Both the position numbers and the translations under genes were made by a program. 64,000 bases of DNA, taken from positions 20,863 through 84,862 of the forward strand of contig JBHHVE010000010.1 in assembly GCA_046754085.1 (NCBI GenBank). Direction: 5' to 3'. Below the pieces are notes generated by a model, which saw only the letters and a program-made list of their open reading frames with translations, did not search any database and was not told the origin of the DNA. Source of the DNA: Leptospirillia bacterium. Its GTDB lineage: Bacteria; Nitrospirota; JACRHL01. Shown piece by piece: positions 1 to 9,035 of this stretch (positions are counted from its first letter, which is position 1; each line of letters begins with the position of its first letter).

Positions 1-642
1 AATGCCCAGGTCACGGTTGAAGGAAGGGCGCACCTGTACGATGCGGGCCTCGATGATCACCTGGGGCGTGGGGCTGTCGAGACGCTGAATCAGCTCCACC
101 AGCGGTCCGATGTTGCTCTCGATGTCCTTGATGATCAGGCTGTTGGTGCGCTCATCCGCGGTGAGTTGTCCGCGAGCGGACAAAAACTGGGTGGAGGAGG
201 TGACCAGATCGCCGGCGTTGGTGTAGTTGAGCGCCACCACGCGGGTGCTGAGCGGCTCGGCGTTGATCCGGGTGGCCTCGGCGCGGGAGATATCGTCGCG
301 CTGGCGGGCCAGGTTTTCCAGGGTGGTGACGCGGATGATGTTGCCGTCGGTCTCCATGCCCAGATTGTTCATCTGCAGCACGATGTCGAGGGCCTGATCC
401 CACGGCACCTTTTTCAGCTTGAGGGTGATGGTGCCCTCCACATCGTCGCTGATGACGATGTTGTTCCCGGACACGTCGGCAATCAACTGGAGGATTTGCC
501 GGACCGGCGCCTCCTGGAAGTCGAGTGACAGGGTCGAGCCCGTGTATTTAACCCCGGACGTGGTGTCCGGAGCGGCCTGGGCGGCCCATGCGAACCCTGC
601 GATCAGCAGGACCCCGATGAAAACCGTCTTAATGCGTCTCAT
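1..642 (-). CDS. pilQ: Type IV pilus secretin PilQ, N-terminal part (gene continues beyond window start)
   Basis: Minus-strand translation from ATG at 640-642: MRRIKTVFIGVLLIAGFAWA (signal peptide) followed by secretin N-domain motifs (…IVISDDVEGTITLKLKKVPWDQALDIVL…RVVALNYTNAGDL…IIEARIVQV). ATGA overlap with pilP stop. Last of pilMNOPQ. Confidence 0.85.
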   Translation of the reverse strand, partial: MRRIKTVFIGVLLIAGFAWAAQAAPDTTSGVKYTGSTLSLDFQEAPVRQILQLIADVSGNNIVISDDVEGTITLKLKKVPWDQALDIVLQMNNLGMETDGNIIRVTTLENLARQRDDISRAEATRINAEPLSTRVVALNYTNAGDLVTSSTQFLSARGQLTADERTNSLIIKDIESNIGPLVELIQRLDSPTPQVIIEARIVQVRPSFNRDLGI

Positions 643-1148
643 GGAATTACCTCTTCGGGCCGTAACGCCAACACCGATTCAATCCGCTTGCGCTCCCCGA
701 ACACGTCGGTCAGGAACTCCTCCACGATCACCGCGTTGTCGGTGATCCGCCGTACCCGACCCTCGTTGGTGCCGATCCGGCTGCCAACGCGGATGGTGTA
801 GCCTTTACCTTCCTGGGTGGAGACCATGGCGAAATGGCCGGCCTTTCCCCAGACGATCCCCACCACCTTGTAATCGGACAGCGCGTGCTGCTGCAGCGGG
901 GGCATGTCACTTGTTTTGTCTTTGCCCGGCGCCAGACGAGCCTGGGCGGGAGGCAGGAACGGATCCCGCAGACCGCGTGCGCCGTATACATAGGGGGATT
1001 CCTCCTCCAGCCCCAAAAGATCCTCGGTCATCTCCGAGGCGGGGGCCGCCGCTTCGCTTTCGGCAAGTGCGGAAACCGGAACCAGCAACAGTCCGGCCAG
1101 AAGAACCCAGGCGGGGAGAGCCAGATGGATGTGGGTGACCTTGTTCAT
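639..1148 (-). CDS. pilP: Pilus assembly lipoprotein PilP
   Basis: Track ORF 639..1310 trimmed to internal Met (MNKVTHIHLALPAWVLLAGLLL signal/lipobox region). Sits between pilO and pilQ. Confidence 0.75.
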   Translation of the reverse strand: MNKVTHIHLALPAWVLLAGLLLVPVSALAESEAAAPASEMTEDLLGLEEESPYVYGARGLRDPFLPPAQARLAPGKDKTSDMPPLQQHALSDYKVVGIVWGKAGHFAMVSTQEGKGYTIRVGSRIGTNEGRVRRITDNAVIVEEFLTDVFGERKRIESVLALRPEEVIP

Positions 1149-1149
1149 C

Positions 1150-1752
1150 CTAGGCCCCCGCCTTCTTTTGTTTTGCGGCTTCTTCCTGTTCGGGGGTCGG
1201 CGCCGCATAGGCCGTGGCGCGGAACTGGGTGTGCATGTTGGGGCCGCCGCCATCGCCGCCGCTGATTTCCACATTGGAGATCGCGACGATCCGGTCCATG
1301 TGCGCCACATGCTCGAAAAACAGGCCCAACTGGTGGTAGGAGCCGGTAACTTCCACGTCCACCGGCAGTTCCTGATACAGCCCGGACTCGTTGGGCACGG
1401 CTTTGCCCGGACGCCACAGGCGGAATACCAGCCCCGCGCGGGAGCCGACCTCGGTGACCTGCTGGAGCAGCTGGGCCACCTCCTGCTGGTCCGGCAGTTG
1501 CCGCTTTTGCTCTTCCAGAAGCCCCTTCAGGCGCTCATTCTCGCTCAGCAGGATGTCGAGCTTCTGAACCTTGGCCTGGTAGATCACCATCTCCTCGCTC
1601 ATGGCGGCGACTTCGGCCCGCAGTTCGCTCATGCGGGTGAATTTGGGGCGCACCATGAAATTACCCACCAGCACCAGGACGAGCAGCGTCACGACACCGC
1701 CCAGAATATTGCGGTGCAGGGGGTTGAGATTTTTGAGCCAGGTCAGGTTCAC
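1150..1752 (-). CDS. pilO: Pilus assembly protein PilO
   Basis: 200-aa ORF with N-terminal TM helix then coiled-coil, between pilN and pilP. Confidence 0.75.
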   Translation of the reverse strand: MNLTWLKNLNPLHRNILGGVVTLLVLVLVGNFMVRPKFTRMSELRAEVAAMSEEMVIYQAKVQKLDILLSENERLKGLLEEQKRQLPDQQEVAQLLQQVTEVGSRAGLVFRLWRPGKAVPNESGLYQELPVDVEVTGSYHQLGLFFEHVAHMDRIVAISNVEISGGDGGGPNMHTQFRATAYAAPTPEQEEAAKQKKAGA

Positions 1753-2309
1753 GTCTTTGCCGAATCCTTGATCTGAGCCGTCAGGGTGAACTCGTACGAG
1801 GTGTTGCCGTTATCCACCAGGCGGCGCGATTCCAACAACTGAATGTTGCCGAAAATATCGGCCTGTTTCATCTGTTGCAGCATTTCGACGATGTCGGAGT
1901 TGGCGATTGCCCGGCCTACCAGGGAGAGCCGGCCGCTGTTTTCCGACAGGCTGATCAGCCACACCCGGTCGGGCAGGTGCTGGGCCAGCTGGTCGAGGAG
2001 CCGGACCGGCATCACCTGATTGTGCTTCAAGCGGCGGATCACCTGAATTTTGCTCTCGAAGGATTCGCGCGCCTCTTCGTAGCCTGCAATCCTCGCGCTT
2101 TTGGACTTGAGGAGGTTGAGCTGTACGGCCACCTGGCTGCGCTCTTTTTCGAGGCCGCTGACCTTGGAGCCAAGCCCCCAGGAGACGACGCCGCCCAGGA
2201 GCACCACCACGCTGATCGCACCACCGGCGGCGATGAGAAAGTTGCGCAGTTCGAGGGCTTTTTTGGAGACGCGCCCACGCTTGGCCGGAAGCAGGTTAAT
2301 ATGGATCAT
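1749..2309 (-). CDS. pilN: Pilus assembly protein PilN
   Basis: 186 aa starting MIHINLLP with a TM segment (typical PilN/Fimbrial assembly family). 4-nt overlap with pilM. Confidence 0.8.
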   Translation of the reverse strand: MIHINLLPAKRGRVSKKALELRNFLIAAGGAISVVVLLGGVVSWGLGSKVSGLEKERSQVAVQLNLLKSKSARIAGYEEARESFESKIQVIRRLKHNQVMPVRLLDQLAQHLPDRVWLISLSENSGRLSLVGRAIANSDIVEMLQQMKQADIFGNIQLLESRRLVDNGNTSYEFTLTAQIKDSAKT

Positions 2310-3361
2310 CGGTCGCCGATCCTCCGTATGGCAAGGCCCGCGGCGACGCCGAGAAACGGCCCCAGGTCGTTGACGTCGTCGATGTCGATGCCCGCGGCCA
2401 TGTGGACGTTTTCGAACGGGTTTAACATCTCCACCGGGATGCCCAGCCGTTCGCCGGCCTGCTCGAGCAGACCGTGGGTTTTGGCGCCGCCGCCGGACAG
2501 GTAGACCTTGTCCACCTGAGCGGCCTGTACCGTGGTCTTGAAATAGTCGATGGTGCGGCCGATTTCGGCGGCGATCTCCACGTTGGTTTCCTGGATCACC
2601 TGCAGCACCCGATCCTGGTCGATGCCCTCGATCTGCTGTCCGCGTTTGGCGGCCTCAGCCTCCGTGAAGCTGATGTTGAGGGCCTTCTGGATGTCTTCTG
2701 TGTAGCGGTTGCCACCCATGGAAATGTCCCGGGTGAACGCGCTGATGCCGTCCTGCAACACGTTGATGTTGATCACCGATGCGCCGATGTTGACCAGACC
2801 GGTAATGTGATCACCCACCCCGAAGTTGGAGCAGAAGATGTTTTCCAGGCCGAAGGCGTCCACGTCGACCACCGCGGGTTTGAGACCGGCTTCCTCCACC
2901 AGGCTGACCAGTTCGCTGACCCGGTCTTTCTTGGCGGCGACCAGGAGCACTGGCATCTGTCCGCTCGGGGTCGACTCATCGGCCCCTTCCATGATGTGGA
3001 AGTCCAGGTGAACGTCGTTGATTTCGAACGGGATGTATTGCTCGGCTTCCCAACTGATGCTTTCGGCGAGTTCTTCTTCGCCCATGATGGGCAGGTGGAT
3101 TTTCTTGACGATGACCGAGTTGCCGGAGACCGAGATGGCAACCCGCTTGCTCTTGATTTTCTGCTCGGCAAACAGGTTCCTGATTTCCTCCGCCACGTGG
3201 CTGGCGTCCATCACCGCGCCATCCACGATGGCGTCCGGGTCGAGTTCGGCCACCCCGTAGTGTTCGAGGGTGTACTCACCGCCGGCTTCGGAGAAGTGCA
3301 CCAGCTTGATGGTGCTGGATCCGACGTCCAGTCCGGTGATCGGTTGGTTGCTACCGAACAT
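2306..3361 (-). CDS. pilM: Type IV pilus assembly ATPase-like protein PilM (actin-like fold)
   Basis: 351 aa, GLDVGSSTIKLV N-terminus and FtsA/actin-like motifs. First gene of pilMNOPQ. Confidence 0.85.
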   Translation of the reverse strand: MFGSNQPITGLDVGSSTIKLVHFSEAGGEYTLEHYGVAELDPDAIVDGAVMDASHVAEEIRNLFAEQKIKSKRVAISVSGNSVIVKKIHLPIMGEEELAESISWEAEQYIPFEINDVHLDFHIMEGADESTPSGQMPVLLVAAKKDRVSELVSLVEEAGLKPAVVDVDAFGLENIFCSNFGVGDHITGLVNIGASVININVLQDGISAFTRDISMGGNRYTEDIQKALNISFTEAEAAKRGQQIEGIDQDRVLQVIQETNVEIAAEIGRTIDYFKTTVQAAQVDKVYLSGGGAKTHGLLEQAGERLGIPVEMLNPFENVHMAAGIDIDDVNDLGPFLGVAAGLAIRRIGDR

Positions 3362-3552
3362 CCTGTTTCAGATTCCCCTCACTGTAATCCACCTTTCAAA
3401 CCGAGGCGGATTGTACCGTGACCCGTGGAAAAATAAAGAAAAAATATTTTCTTGACGCTCTTCCCGCCGAATCGCCAACAATCCGACACCAGGTCGTGCG
3501 ACTATTCTATTCGGCGTGTTACCCGGCATGACTAAAGGCCTTTGAGCAATTT

Positions 3553-4170
3553 TTACCCCCCCTCCGAACGGCCGGTCCAGCGGGGAGCCCAGTTGCATTC
3601 CACGGCGAGGCTATCCAATATCCGTGCCACCACAAAGTCAACCAACTCGTTGATTTGTTTGGGATGGTGGTAAAACGCCGGGGTGGCAGGCACCACCCGA
3701 ACCTGTTCGAGGCGCGACAGGGTGAGCAGGTTTTCCAGGTGAATCGGTGACAGAGGGGTCTCTCGCGGCACAACGATCAGGGGGCGGCACTCCTTGATGT
3801 GGACGTCCGCGGCGCGGGCGATCAGTGTATCGGCATAACCGTGGGCGATGCTCGCCACGGTCTTCATGGAGCAGGGAGCGACGACCATGCCGTCGGTTTG
3901 GAAACTGCCGCTGGCGATTCCGGCGTACAGGTCGTTGTCGCCATGCACCTGGATGTTGGCACCGCCCCCGGTGTGCTCAACGAGGGCTTTTTCCGCCTCT
4001 CCGGAGGTGGTGCCCAGGTCCAGTCCGACCTCGTCCTTGATGATGGTACGGCCGGTGCGGGAGATCACCACATGAAGGGTGTAATTTTTTCCCCGCGCCA
4101 GCGCCTCGATAAGGCGTACGCCGTAAATGGCGCCGCTGGCTCCGGTGATGCCAATGACAAAGGTGGACAT
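3553..4170 (-). CDS. ubiX: Flavin prenyltransferase UbiX (prenyl-FMN synthase)
   Basis: 205 aa with MSTFVIGITGASGAIYGVRLIE… flavoprotein fold, Pad1/UbiX family. Confidence 0.85.
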   Translation of the reverse strand: MSTFVIGITGASGAIYGVRLIEALARGKNYTLHVVISRTGRTIIKDEVGLDLGTTSGEAEKALVEHTGGGANIQVHGDNDLYAGIASGSFQTDGMVVAPCSMKTVASIAHGYADTLIARAADVHIKECRPLIVVPRETPLSPIHLENLLTLSRLEQVRVVPATPAFYHHPKQINELVDFVVARILDSLAVECNWAPRWTGRSEGG

Positions 4171-4275
4171 TTCGTTCGTCCCTGAACGTGTGGCGGCCTT
4201 GTTCCCCGCGATCTTAGCGGAAGCGTCCGGTCCCTCTCAAAAAGGGGATGAACGCCGTCATATTACACGTTTTTC

Positions 4276-5184
4276 TCACGCTTGTGACCCGGTGGGGGTA
4301 TCCCGCAGCCTGACCTCCACCCGGCGCCCGCTGGCGGCAAGGTGTTCCGCCAGCCAGCGGGCCGCCACCACCGAGCGGTGTTTACCTCCGGTGCAGCCGA
4401 TCCCCACGGTCAGGTAGCTGCGTCCCTCGCGCTCATATTCGGGCAAGGTCATGTCGAGCAGTTCGGCGGCCTTGTTCAGAAACGGCAGGGTGCGCTTGTC
4501 GGCCAGCACGTAGTCTTTCACCCGGTCGTTCTCGCCGGTGAGTGGCCGAAGGTCCGGCTGAAAGTGGGGATTGTCGAGGAAGCGCACATCGAACAGCAGG
4601 TCTGTCTCCAGCGGAATGCCGTACTTGTAGCCGAACGCCACCAGGGAGACGGTGAATGATTTGGCGCCGGCGTCGCCGCCGTAGCGGCGCTGCACGTAAT
4701 CACGCAGGTCGTGCACCGAAAACGTCGAGGTATCCACTTTCAGGTCGGCGATATTCGACAGGGGTTTGAGTAGTGTGCGTTCCAGTGCCAGTCCTTCGGC
4801 GACGTTGCCGTCCGGGGACAGCGGATGCGGGCGGCGGGTCTCGGAAAAACGCCGGATCAGCACCGCGTCATCGGCGTCGAAGAACAACACCTCCACCGTA
4901 TGGCCGCGCCGCCGCAACTCGGCGATAAAGGAGCTGCCCTCCTCCTCCAGAAAGACCCGCTCGCGCACGTCCGCCACCAGGGCGATGCGGTGGATGTCCT
5001 GGCCCGAGCGCTCACACAGTTCGGCCAGTTTGGTGGCCAGGGACAGGGGCAGGTTGTCGATGCAGAAGTAGCCGACATCCTCCAGGTAGTTGAGGGCGTG
5101 GCTCTTGCCGGCGCCGGAGGTGCCGGTGATCACCAGAAAGTGAATCGGCCTGTTGGTGTGGGCCTTCGGTGATCCGCCTTTCAT
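4276..5184 (-). CDS. rapZ: RNase adapter protein RapZ (YhbJ, P-loop NTPase)
   Basis: Track ORF 4276..5385 trimmed to Met at 5184. IHFLVITGTSGAGKSHALNYLEDVGYFCIDNLP is the conserved RapZ N-terminus. Classic position downstream of rpoN-hpf. Confidence 0.85.
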   Translation of the reverse strand: MKGGSPKAHTNRPIHFLVITGTSGAGKSHALNYLEDVGYFCIDNLPLSLATKLAELCERSGQDIHRIALVADVRERVFLEEEGSSFIAELRRRGHTVEVLFFDADDAVLIRRFSETRRPHPLSPDGNVAEGLALERTLLKPLSNIADLKVDTSTFSVHDLRDYVQRRYGGDAGAKSFTVSLVAFGYKYGIPLETDLLFDVRFLDNPHFQPDLRPLTGENDRVKDYVLADKRTLPFLNKAAELLDMTLPEYEREGRSYLTVGIGCTGGKHRSVVAARWLAEHLAASGRRVEVRLRDTPTGSQA

Positions 5185-5248
5185 TGGCCGTGCAACCTGT
5201 GCTGGATTCCGGGGATCACAGTGTGTGGCCCGGAGCCTTTGCGTCCCT

Positions 5249-5596
5249 TCAGCCTTCCCCGGCCGAGGCCGGTTCGGAGAGGGCCTCGTCGGACAGGGAT
5301 TCGCCACCCTTATGGTGGACGTTCTTTTCCTTGTAGCGCCGCAGTTGTTGCTCCAGCTTGTCCATGGCGCCGTCGATGGCGGCATACATGCTTTCCGCCT
5401 CGGAGGTGGCGGCCAGTTTGCTGCCTTTGACGTTTACCACGATTTCGGCGATGTGGCGCAACTTGTCCACTTCGAGCACGACACGGGTGCCAAACTCCCG
5501 GGAGACATATTTTTCGATCCGGCTGGCGCGCGAGTTGACGTGGTCCCTGAGTGCGGGGGTGATCTCCAGGTGGCGGCCGCTGATTTCAACGTCCAT
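5249..5596 (-). CDS. hpf: Ribosome hibernation promoting factor (sigma-54 modulation protein)
   Basis: MDVEISGRHLEITPALRDHV… matches the HPF/RaiA family. AGGAG Shine-Dalgarno 7 nt upstream of ATG at 5596 (the track begins 2 codons earlier at a TTG). Immediately downstream of rpoN. Confidence 0.85.
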   Translation of the reverse strand: MDVEISGRHLEITPALRDHVNSRASRIEKYVSREFGTRVVLEVDKLRHIAEIVVNVKGSKLAATSEAESMYAAIDGAMDKLEQQLRRYKEKNVHHKGGESLSDEALSEPASAGEG

Positions 5597-5674
5597 GGGC
5601 AAAGCTCCTTATCGGTTGCAGGCGGTGGGCCGTCCGGGTTTTGGGTGTGCCGGGCGGGGTGGGGCCGGGCATGT

Positions 5675-7144
5675 TCAAAACGGACGCTTGCGCCGGTTTG
5701 ACGGCGGAATGGAAAGTTCGGTGCGGTATTTGGCGACGGTGCGGCGGGCGACTTCCACGTTGCGGGACTGGAGGATCTTGACGATCTCCTGATCCTTGAG
5801 CGGCTTTTGCGGATCCTCCTCCGCCACCAGCTGGCGGATCATCTCCCTGACCGACACGGAGGAGACTTCCGGGCCGTAGCCGCCGACCCGCGACAGGCCG
5901 CTGTTGAAGAAGTACTTCAACTCGAAGATTCCCTGGGGCGTGTGCATGTACTTGTGGGTGGTCACGCGGCTGATGGTGGACTCGTGCATCTCGATGTCGT
6001 CCGCCACCTGCTTGAGGATAAGCGGCTTGAGGTGACTGACGCCCTTGTCGAAAAATCCCCGCTGGAAGCGCACGATGCTTTCCGCCACCCGCACGATGGT
6101 GCGGTTGCGCTGTTCGATGCTCTTGATCATCCACAGGGCGGAACGCAGCTTGCCGTCCAGGTACTCCCGGGTATCCGCCGGGGCCGCCGCACGGTCGGCG
6201 AGCATCTTTTTGTAGTAAGGGCTGATGCGCAGCTTGGGCAGTCCCTCCTCGTTCAACAGCACCCGGTAATCACCGTCGGCCCGCACCACGTAGACGTCCG
6301 GGGTGATGGTAAAGTTCTGGGTGCTGGAAAACGGCCTCCCCGGTTTGGGCTCCAGGCACTCGATTGACCGGGCGGCTTCGTACACCTGTTCGGTGGAGAC
6401 CTTCAGGGCACGGGCAATTTGCGGGTAGCGGCGCCGTTCCAGGTCGCCCAGGTGGTCGGCCACCAGCTTCTCGACGATCGGGTTGTCCAGTTCGAGTTGA
6501 CCAATCTGGATGAGCAGGCACTCCCTGAGGTTACGCGCACCGACCCCCGCCGGGTCAAACTGCTGGACCGTGGCGAGCACCTGCTCCACCTCGGCCTCGG
6601 TCGCGCCGGCAGCTTCCGCCAGTTCGGAGATTTCGGCGCGCAGGTAACCGTCGTCGTCGATGTTGCCGATGATCTCCTCGCCGATGGCCATGGCCCGCTC
6701 CTGCAGGGGAGACATGCGGAGCTGCCAGGAAAGATGGTCGAGCAGGGAGGTGCCGCCCGCCAGGGTCTGCTCGTAACTGGGCAGATCGTCCGGCGGTGCG
6801 GCCACGCCGCCGAAGTCACGGCCATCGTTCATGTCCTGGGCGAAGTACTCTTCCCATTTGTAACCGAGTTCTTCGGCTTCGTCGGCGGGTTTGTAGTCGG
6901 GTTCGGCGTCGGAGGTGGAGAGAGGTTCGGGCTCCTCGCGGCGAGCCTTTTCCGACTCCTTGCCACGCTCTTCTCCGGGCTCCTCGTCGAGACCCTGCTC
7001 CTCCATGGTGGGATTTTCGAGCATTTCGCTCTCAATCGCCTGCTCAAGTTCCTGACGGGACAGTTGCAGGAGGCGGATCGCCATCTGCAACTGGGGGGTC
7101 ATGACCAGCTTTTGGGTAAGAACGGGGCGGAGGGTTAGTTTCAT
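5675..7144 (-). CDS. rpoN: RNA polymerase sigma-54 factor
   Basis: 489 aa. N-terminal LTQKLVMTPQLQMAIRLLQLS (region I), C-terminal RpoN box …ARRTVAKYR…. Follows lptB as in the conserved lptCAB-rpoN-hpf arrangement. Confidence 0.95.
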   Translation of the reverse strand: MKLTLRPVLTQKLVMTPQLQMAIRLLQLSRQELEQAIESEMLENPTMEEQGLDEEPGEERGKESEKARREEPEPLSTSDAEPDYKPADEAEELGYKWEEYFAQDMNDGRDFGGVAAPPDDLPSYEQTLAGGTSLLDHLSWQLRMSPLQERAMAIGEEIIGNIDDDGYLRAEISELAEAAGATEAEVEQVLATVQQFDPAGVGARNLRECLLIQIGQLELDNPIVEKLVADHLGDLERRRYPQIARALKVSTEQVYEAARSIECLEPKPGRPFSSTQNFTITPDVYVVRADGDYRVLLNEEGLPKLRISPYYKKMLADRAAAPADTREYLDGKLRSALWMIKSIEQRNRTIVRVAESIVRFQRGFFDKGVSHLKPLILKQVADDIEMHESTISRVTTHKYMHTPQGIFELKYFFNSGLSRVGGYGPEVSSVSVREMIRQLVAEEDPQKPLKDQEIVKILQSRNVEVARRTVAKYRTELSIPPSNRRKRPF

Positions 7145-7243
7145 CGGGGCGTATGCAGTCCGTAGCTCAAATCACAATTCAGAATATTTCCGGGTGGCCC
7201 AGGCCTGTTTCCCGACAATCTATCGGCAGATTCACCGGCTGGG

Positions 7244-7963
7244 CTAAAGCGTGAACTCCTTCCCCAGGTATATGTTGCGGACGCTTTCGCTCTCCGCAAC
7301 CTGGCGTGGTGTGCCCGACTCGAGAATGGTGCCTTCTGAAATAATGTAGGCCCGGTCCGTAATTTGCAAGGTCTCTCGCACGTTGTGGTCGGTAATCAGG
7401 ATGCCGATGCCCTTGGCCTTCAACTGCTCGACAATGCGTTGCAGGTCGCCTACGGCAATGGGATCGATACCGGCAAACGGCTCGTCGAGCAGCAGGTAGC
7501 GCGGTTTTGTGGCCAGGCAGCGGGCGATCTCCACACGTCGCCGCTCGCCGCCGGAGAGGGCCTGACCCGGGGTGGCGGCCAGATGAGCGACGCCGAATTC
7601 CTCGAGCAGCGTGTCGCGCCGTTCGCGCCGTTCATGGCCCGGAATCGGCAGGTTCTCCAGCACCGCGTCCAGGTTTTCGGAAACCGAGAGCTTGCGGAAG
7701 ATGGACGCCTCCTGGGCCAGATAACCCAGGCCGCGCCGGGCGCGCTGGTACATGGGCAGGGCGGTGATGTTGTCCCCCCCCAATCGCACCGTACCGTGGT
7801 CCGGGGCGATCAGGCCCGTGACCATGTAAAAACTGGTGGTCTTGCCGGCCCCATTGGGACCCAACAGGCCGACCACCTCCCCGGGGGCCACCTCGAAGGA
7901 GACGTCCCGGATGACCTCGCGGCGGCCGTAGCATTTTTTGAGTCCCTCGGCCTTGAGTGGCAT
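7244..7963 (-). CDS. lptB: LPS export ABC transporter ATP-binding protein LptB
   Basis: Track ORF 7244..8464 is N-terminally over-extended. Real start is ATG at 7961-7963 (MPLKAEGLKKCYGRREVIRDVSF…GPNGAGKTT Walker A, LSGGERRR signature). Confidence 0.9.
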   Translation of the reverse strand: MPLKAEGLKKCYGRREVIRDVSFEVAPGEVVGLLGPNGAGKTTSFYMVTGLIAPDHGTVRLGGDNITALPMYQRARRGLGYLAQEASIFRKLSVSENLDAVLENLPIPGHERRERRDTLLEEFGVAHLAATPGQALSGGERRRVEIARCLATKPRYLLLDEPFAGIDPIAVGDLQRIVEQLKAKGIGILITDHNVRETLQITDRAYIISEGTILESGTPRQVAESESVRNIYLGKEFTL

Positions 7964-8439
7964 CAGGGTTGCTCCGTAAAGGTGAATGAGCCTTCTTCCA
8001 CCTTGCTGGTGTGGGTGGCAAGGTCGATGATAATACGCCGCCCGCGGATGGCCATTCCGGGATCGGCCACCTCCGGGGTTCCGGTCAGCACCACGGTGCC
8101 CGCGTTCGGGTCGTAAACCGCGTGCGCCGCAGTGGCGGTACGGTCGCCGTAATTCAGCACCACCTGGCCCTCGGCCACCATGCGGGTGATCTGACGATGT
8201 TTGTCCTGTCCGGACTCCGCCAGATCGACGGATACGCGTTCGGCGGCAAACGTATGGCTGCTTTGCTCCACCCGCACGTTGCCGGAAAAATTGATGTGGC
8301 CCTCCCGTCCGGAAAATGACATTTCGTCGGCGGTGACCGTAACCGATCCGCCCTCCGCCCCCAGGGAGATACCCGTCTCGGCCAGGGCCGGAGCGGTGAC
8401 GAGCAGCGTTGCGAACAGGGTTGCCAGAAGACGGATCAT
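7963..8439 (-). CDS. lptA: LPS transport periplasmic protein LptA (OstA-like)
   Basis: MIRLLATLFATLLVTAPALA signal peptide then OstA-like beta-jellyroll repeats. ATGA overlap with lptC, 1-nt overlap with lptB. Confidence 0.8.
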   Translation of the reverse strand: MIRLLATLFATLLVTAPALAETGISLGAEGGSVTVTADEMSFSGREGHINFSGNVRVEQSSHTFAAERVSVDLAESGQDKHRQITRMVAEGQVVLNYGDRTATAAHAVYDPNAGTVVLTGTPEVADPGMAIRGRRIIIDLATHTSKVEEGSFTFTEQP

Positions 8440-8999
8440 TGTGCCCACCGCATGGTAACGCCACCGCTCAGGTGCATTTCCTGTTGATCCACGGCGGCCA
8501 CCGCCTGACCGCCTTCGGCGCTGTAGGAATCGCTACGCACGGAGGCGCCGCCTTCCGAGCGCACGGTCCGGTCGAGGGGGTCCCAGGTGAGCGCCGGGGC
8601 GCTCAGGGTGGTGCCGTCCGCAAGCATCAGGAGCGCCGGGCGGTCCGTACCGCGCACGGTGACCTGATTGGTGGCCATGCGGATTTCACCGGTGTCGGCG
8701 GTCAGACGCAGCACCCGGGCGCCGTTCTCGAAAAACGACGCGTCCAGCGCGTCGGCCACCAGCCGCTGGTTTTTATCCAGCAGGCGGGCTCCATCGGCGG
8801 AAAAATAGAGTTCCGGGCCTTGCTCGTTCACCTGTTCGAGGGTGAACCCGGACAGGGAGAGCTCCGCGTTGAGTTGCCACGGCACGGTCTCGTCGGGGCC
8901 CATGCGGGAGACCCGCTCGGCCACCATGCCAAGCACCAGCACGGCCCCCGCAAAGGCGGTGGCGAACAGCAGATGACGGAAAACGCGAAGCGGTTTCAC
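8436..8999 (-). CDS. lptC: LPS export protein LptC
   Basis: 187 aa with N-terminal TM anchor then periplasmic domain, directly upstream of lptA-lptB. Confidence 0.7.
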   Translation of the reverse strand: MKPLRVFRHLLFATAFAGAVLVLGMVAERVSRMGPDETVPWQLNAELSLSGFTLEQVNEQGPELYFSADGARLLDKNQRLVADALDASFFENGARVLRLTADTGEIRMATNQVTVRGTDRPALLMLADGTTLSAPALTWDPLDRTVRSEGGASVRSDSYSAEGGQAVAAVDQQEMHLSGGVTMRWAQ

Positions 9000-9035
9000 G
9001 GCAGTGGCCGGTAGGCGCCGGAGCTTGGCATTCGG

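Noticed and set aside
7244-8464. 406-aa N-terminally extended LptB ORF; similar long extensions for rapZ (4276..5385), pilP (639..1310), cobA-hemD (35696..37606), lptF (18231..19376), the PpiD-like gene (61384..62286), ribF, amt, ligA and the regulator genes
   Set aside because: The extensions are Arg/Pro/Gly-rich read-through into upstream genes in another frame. Conserved N-terminal motifs and ATGA overlaps identify the internal Met as the true start in each case.
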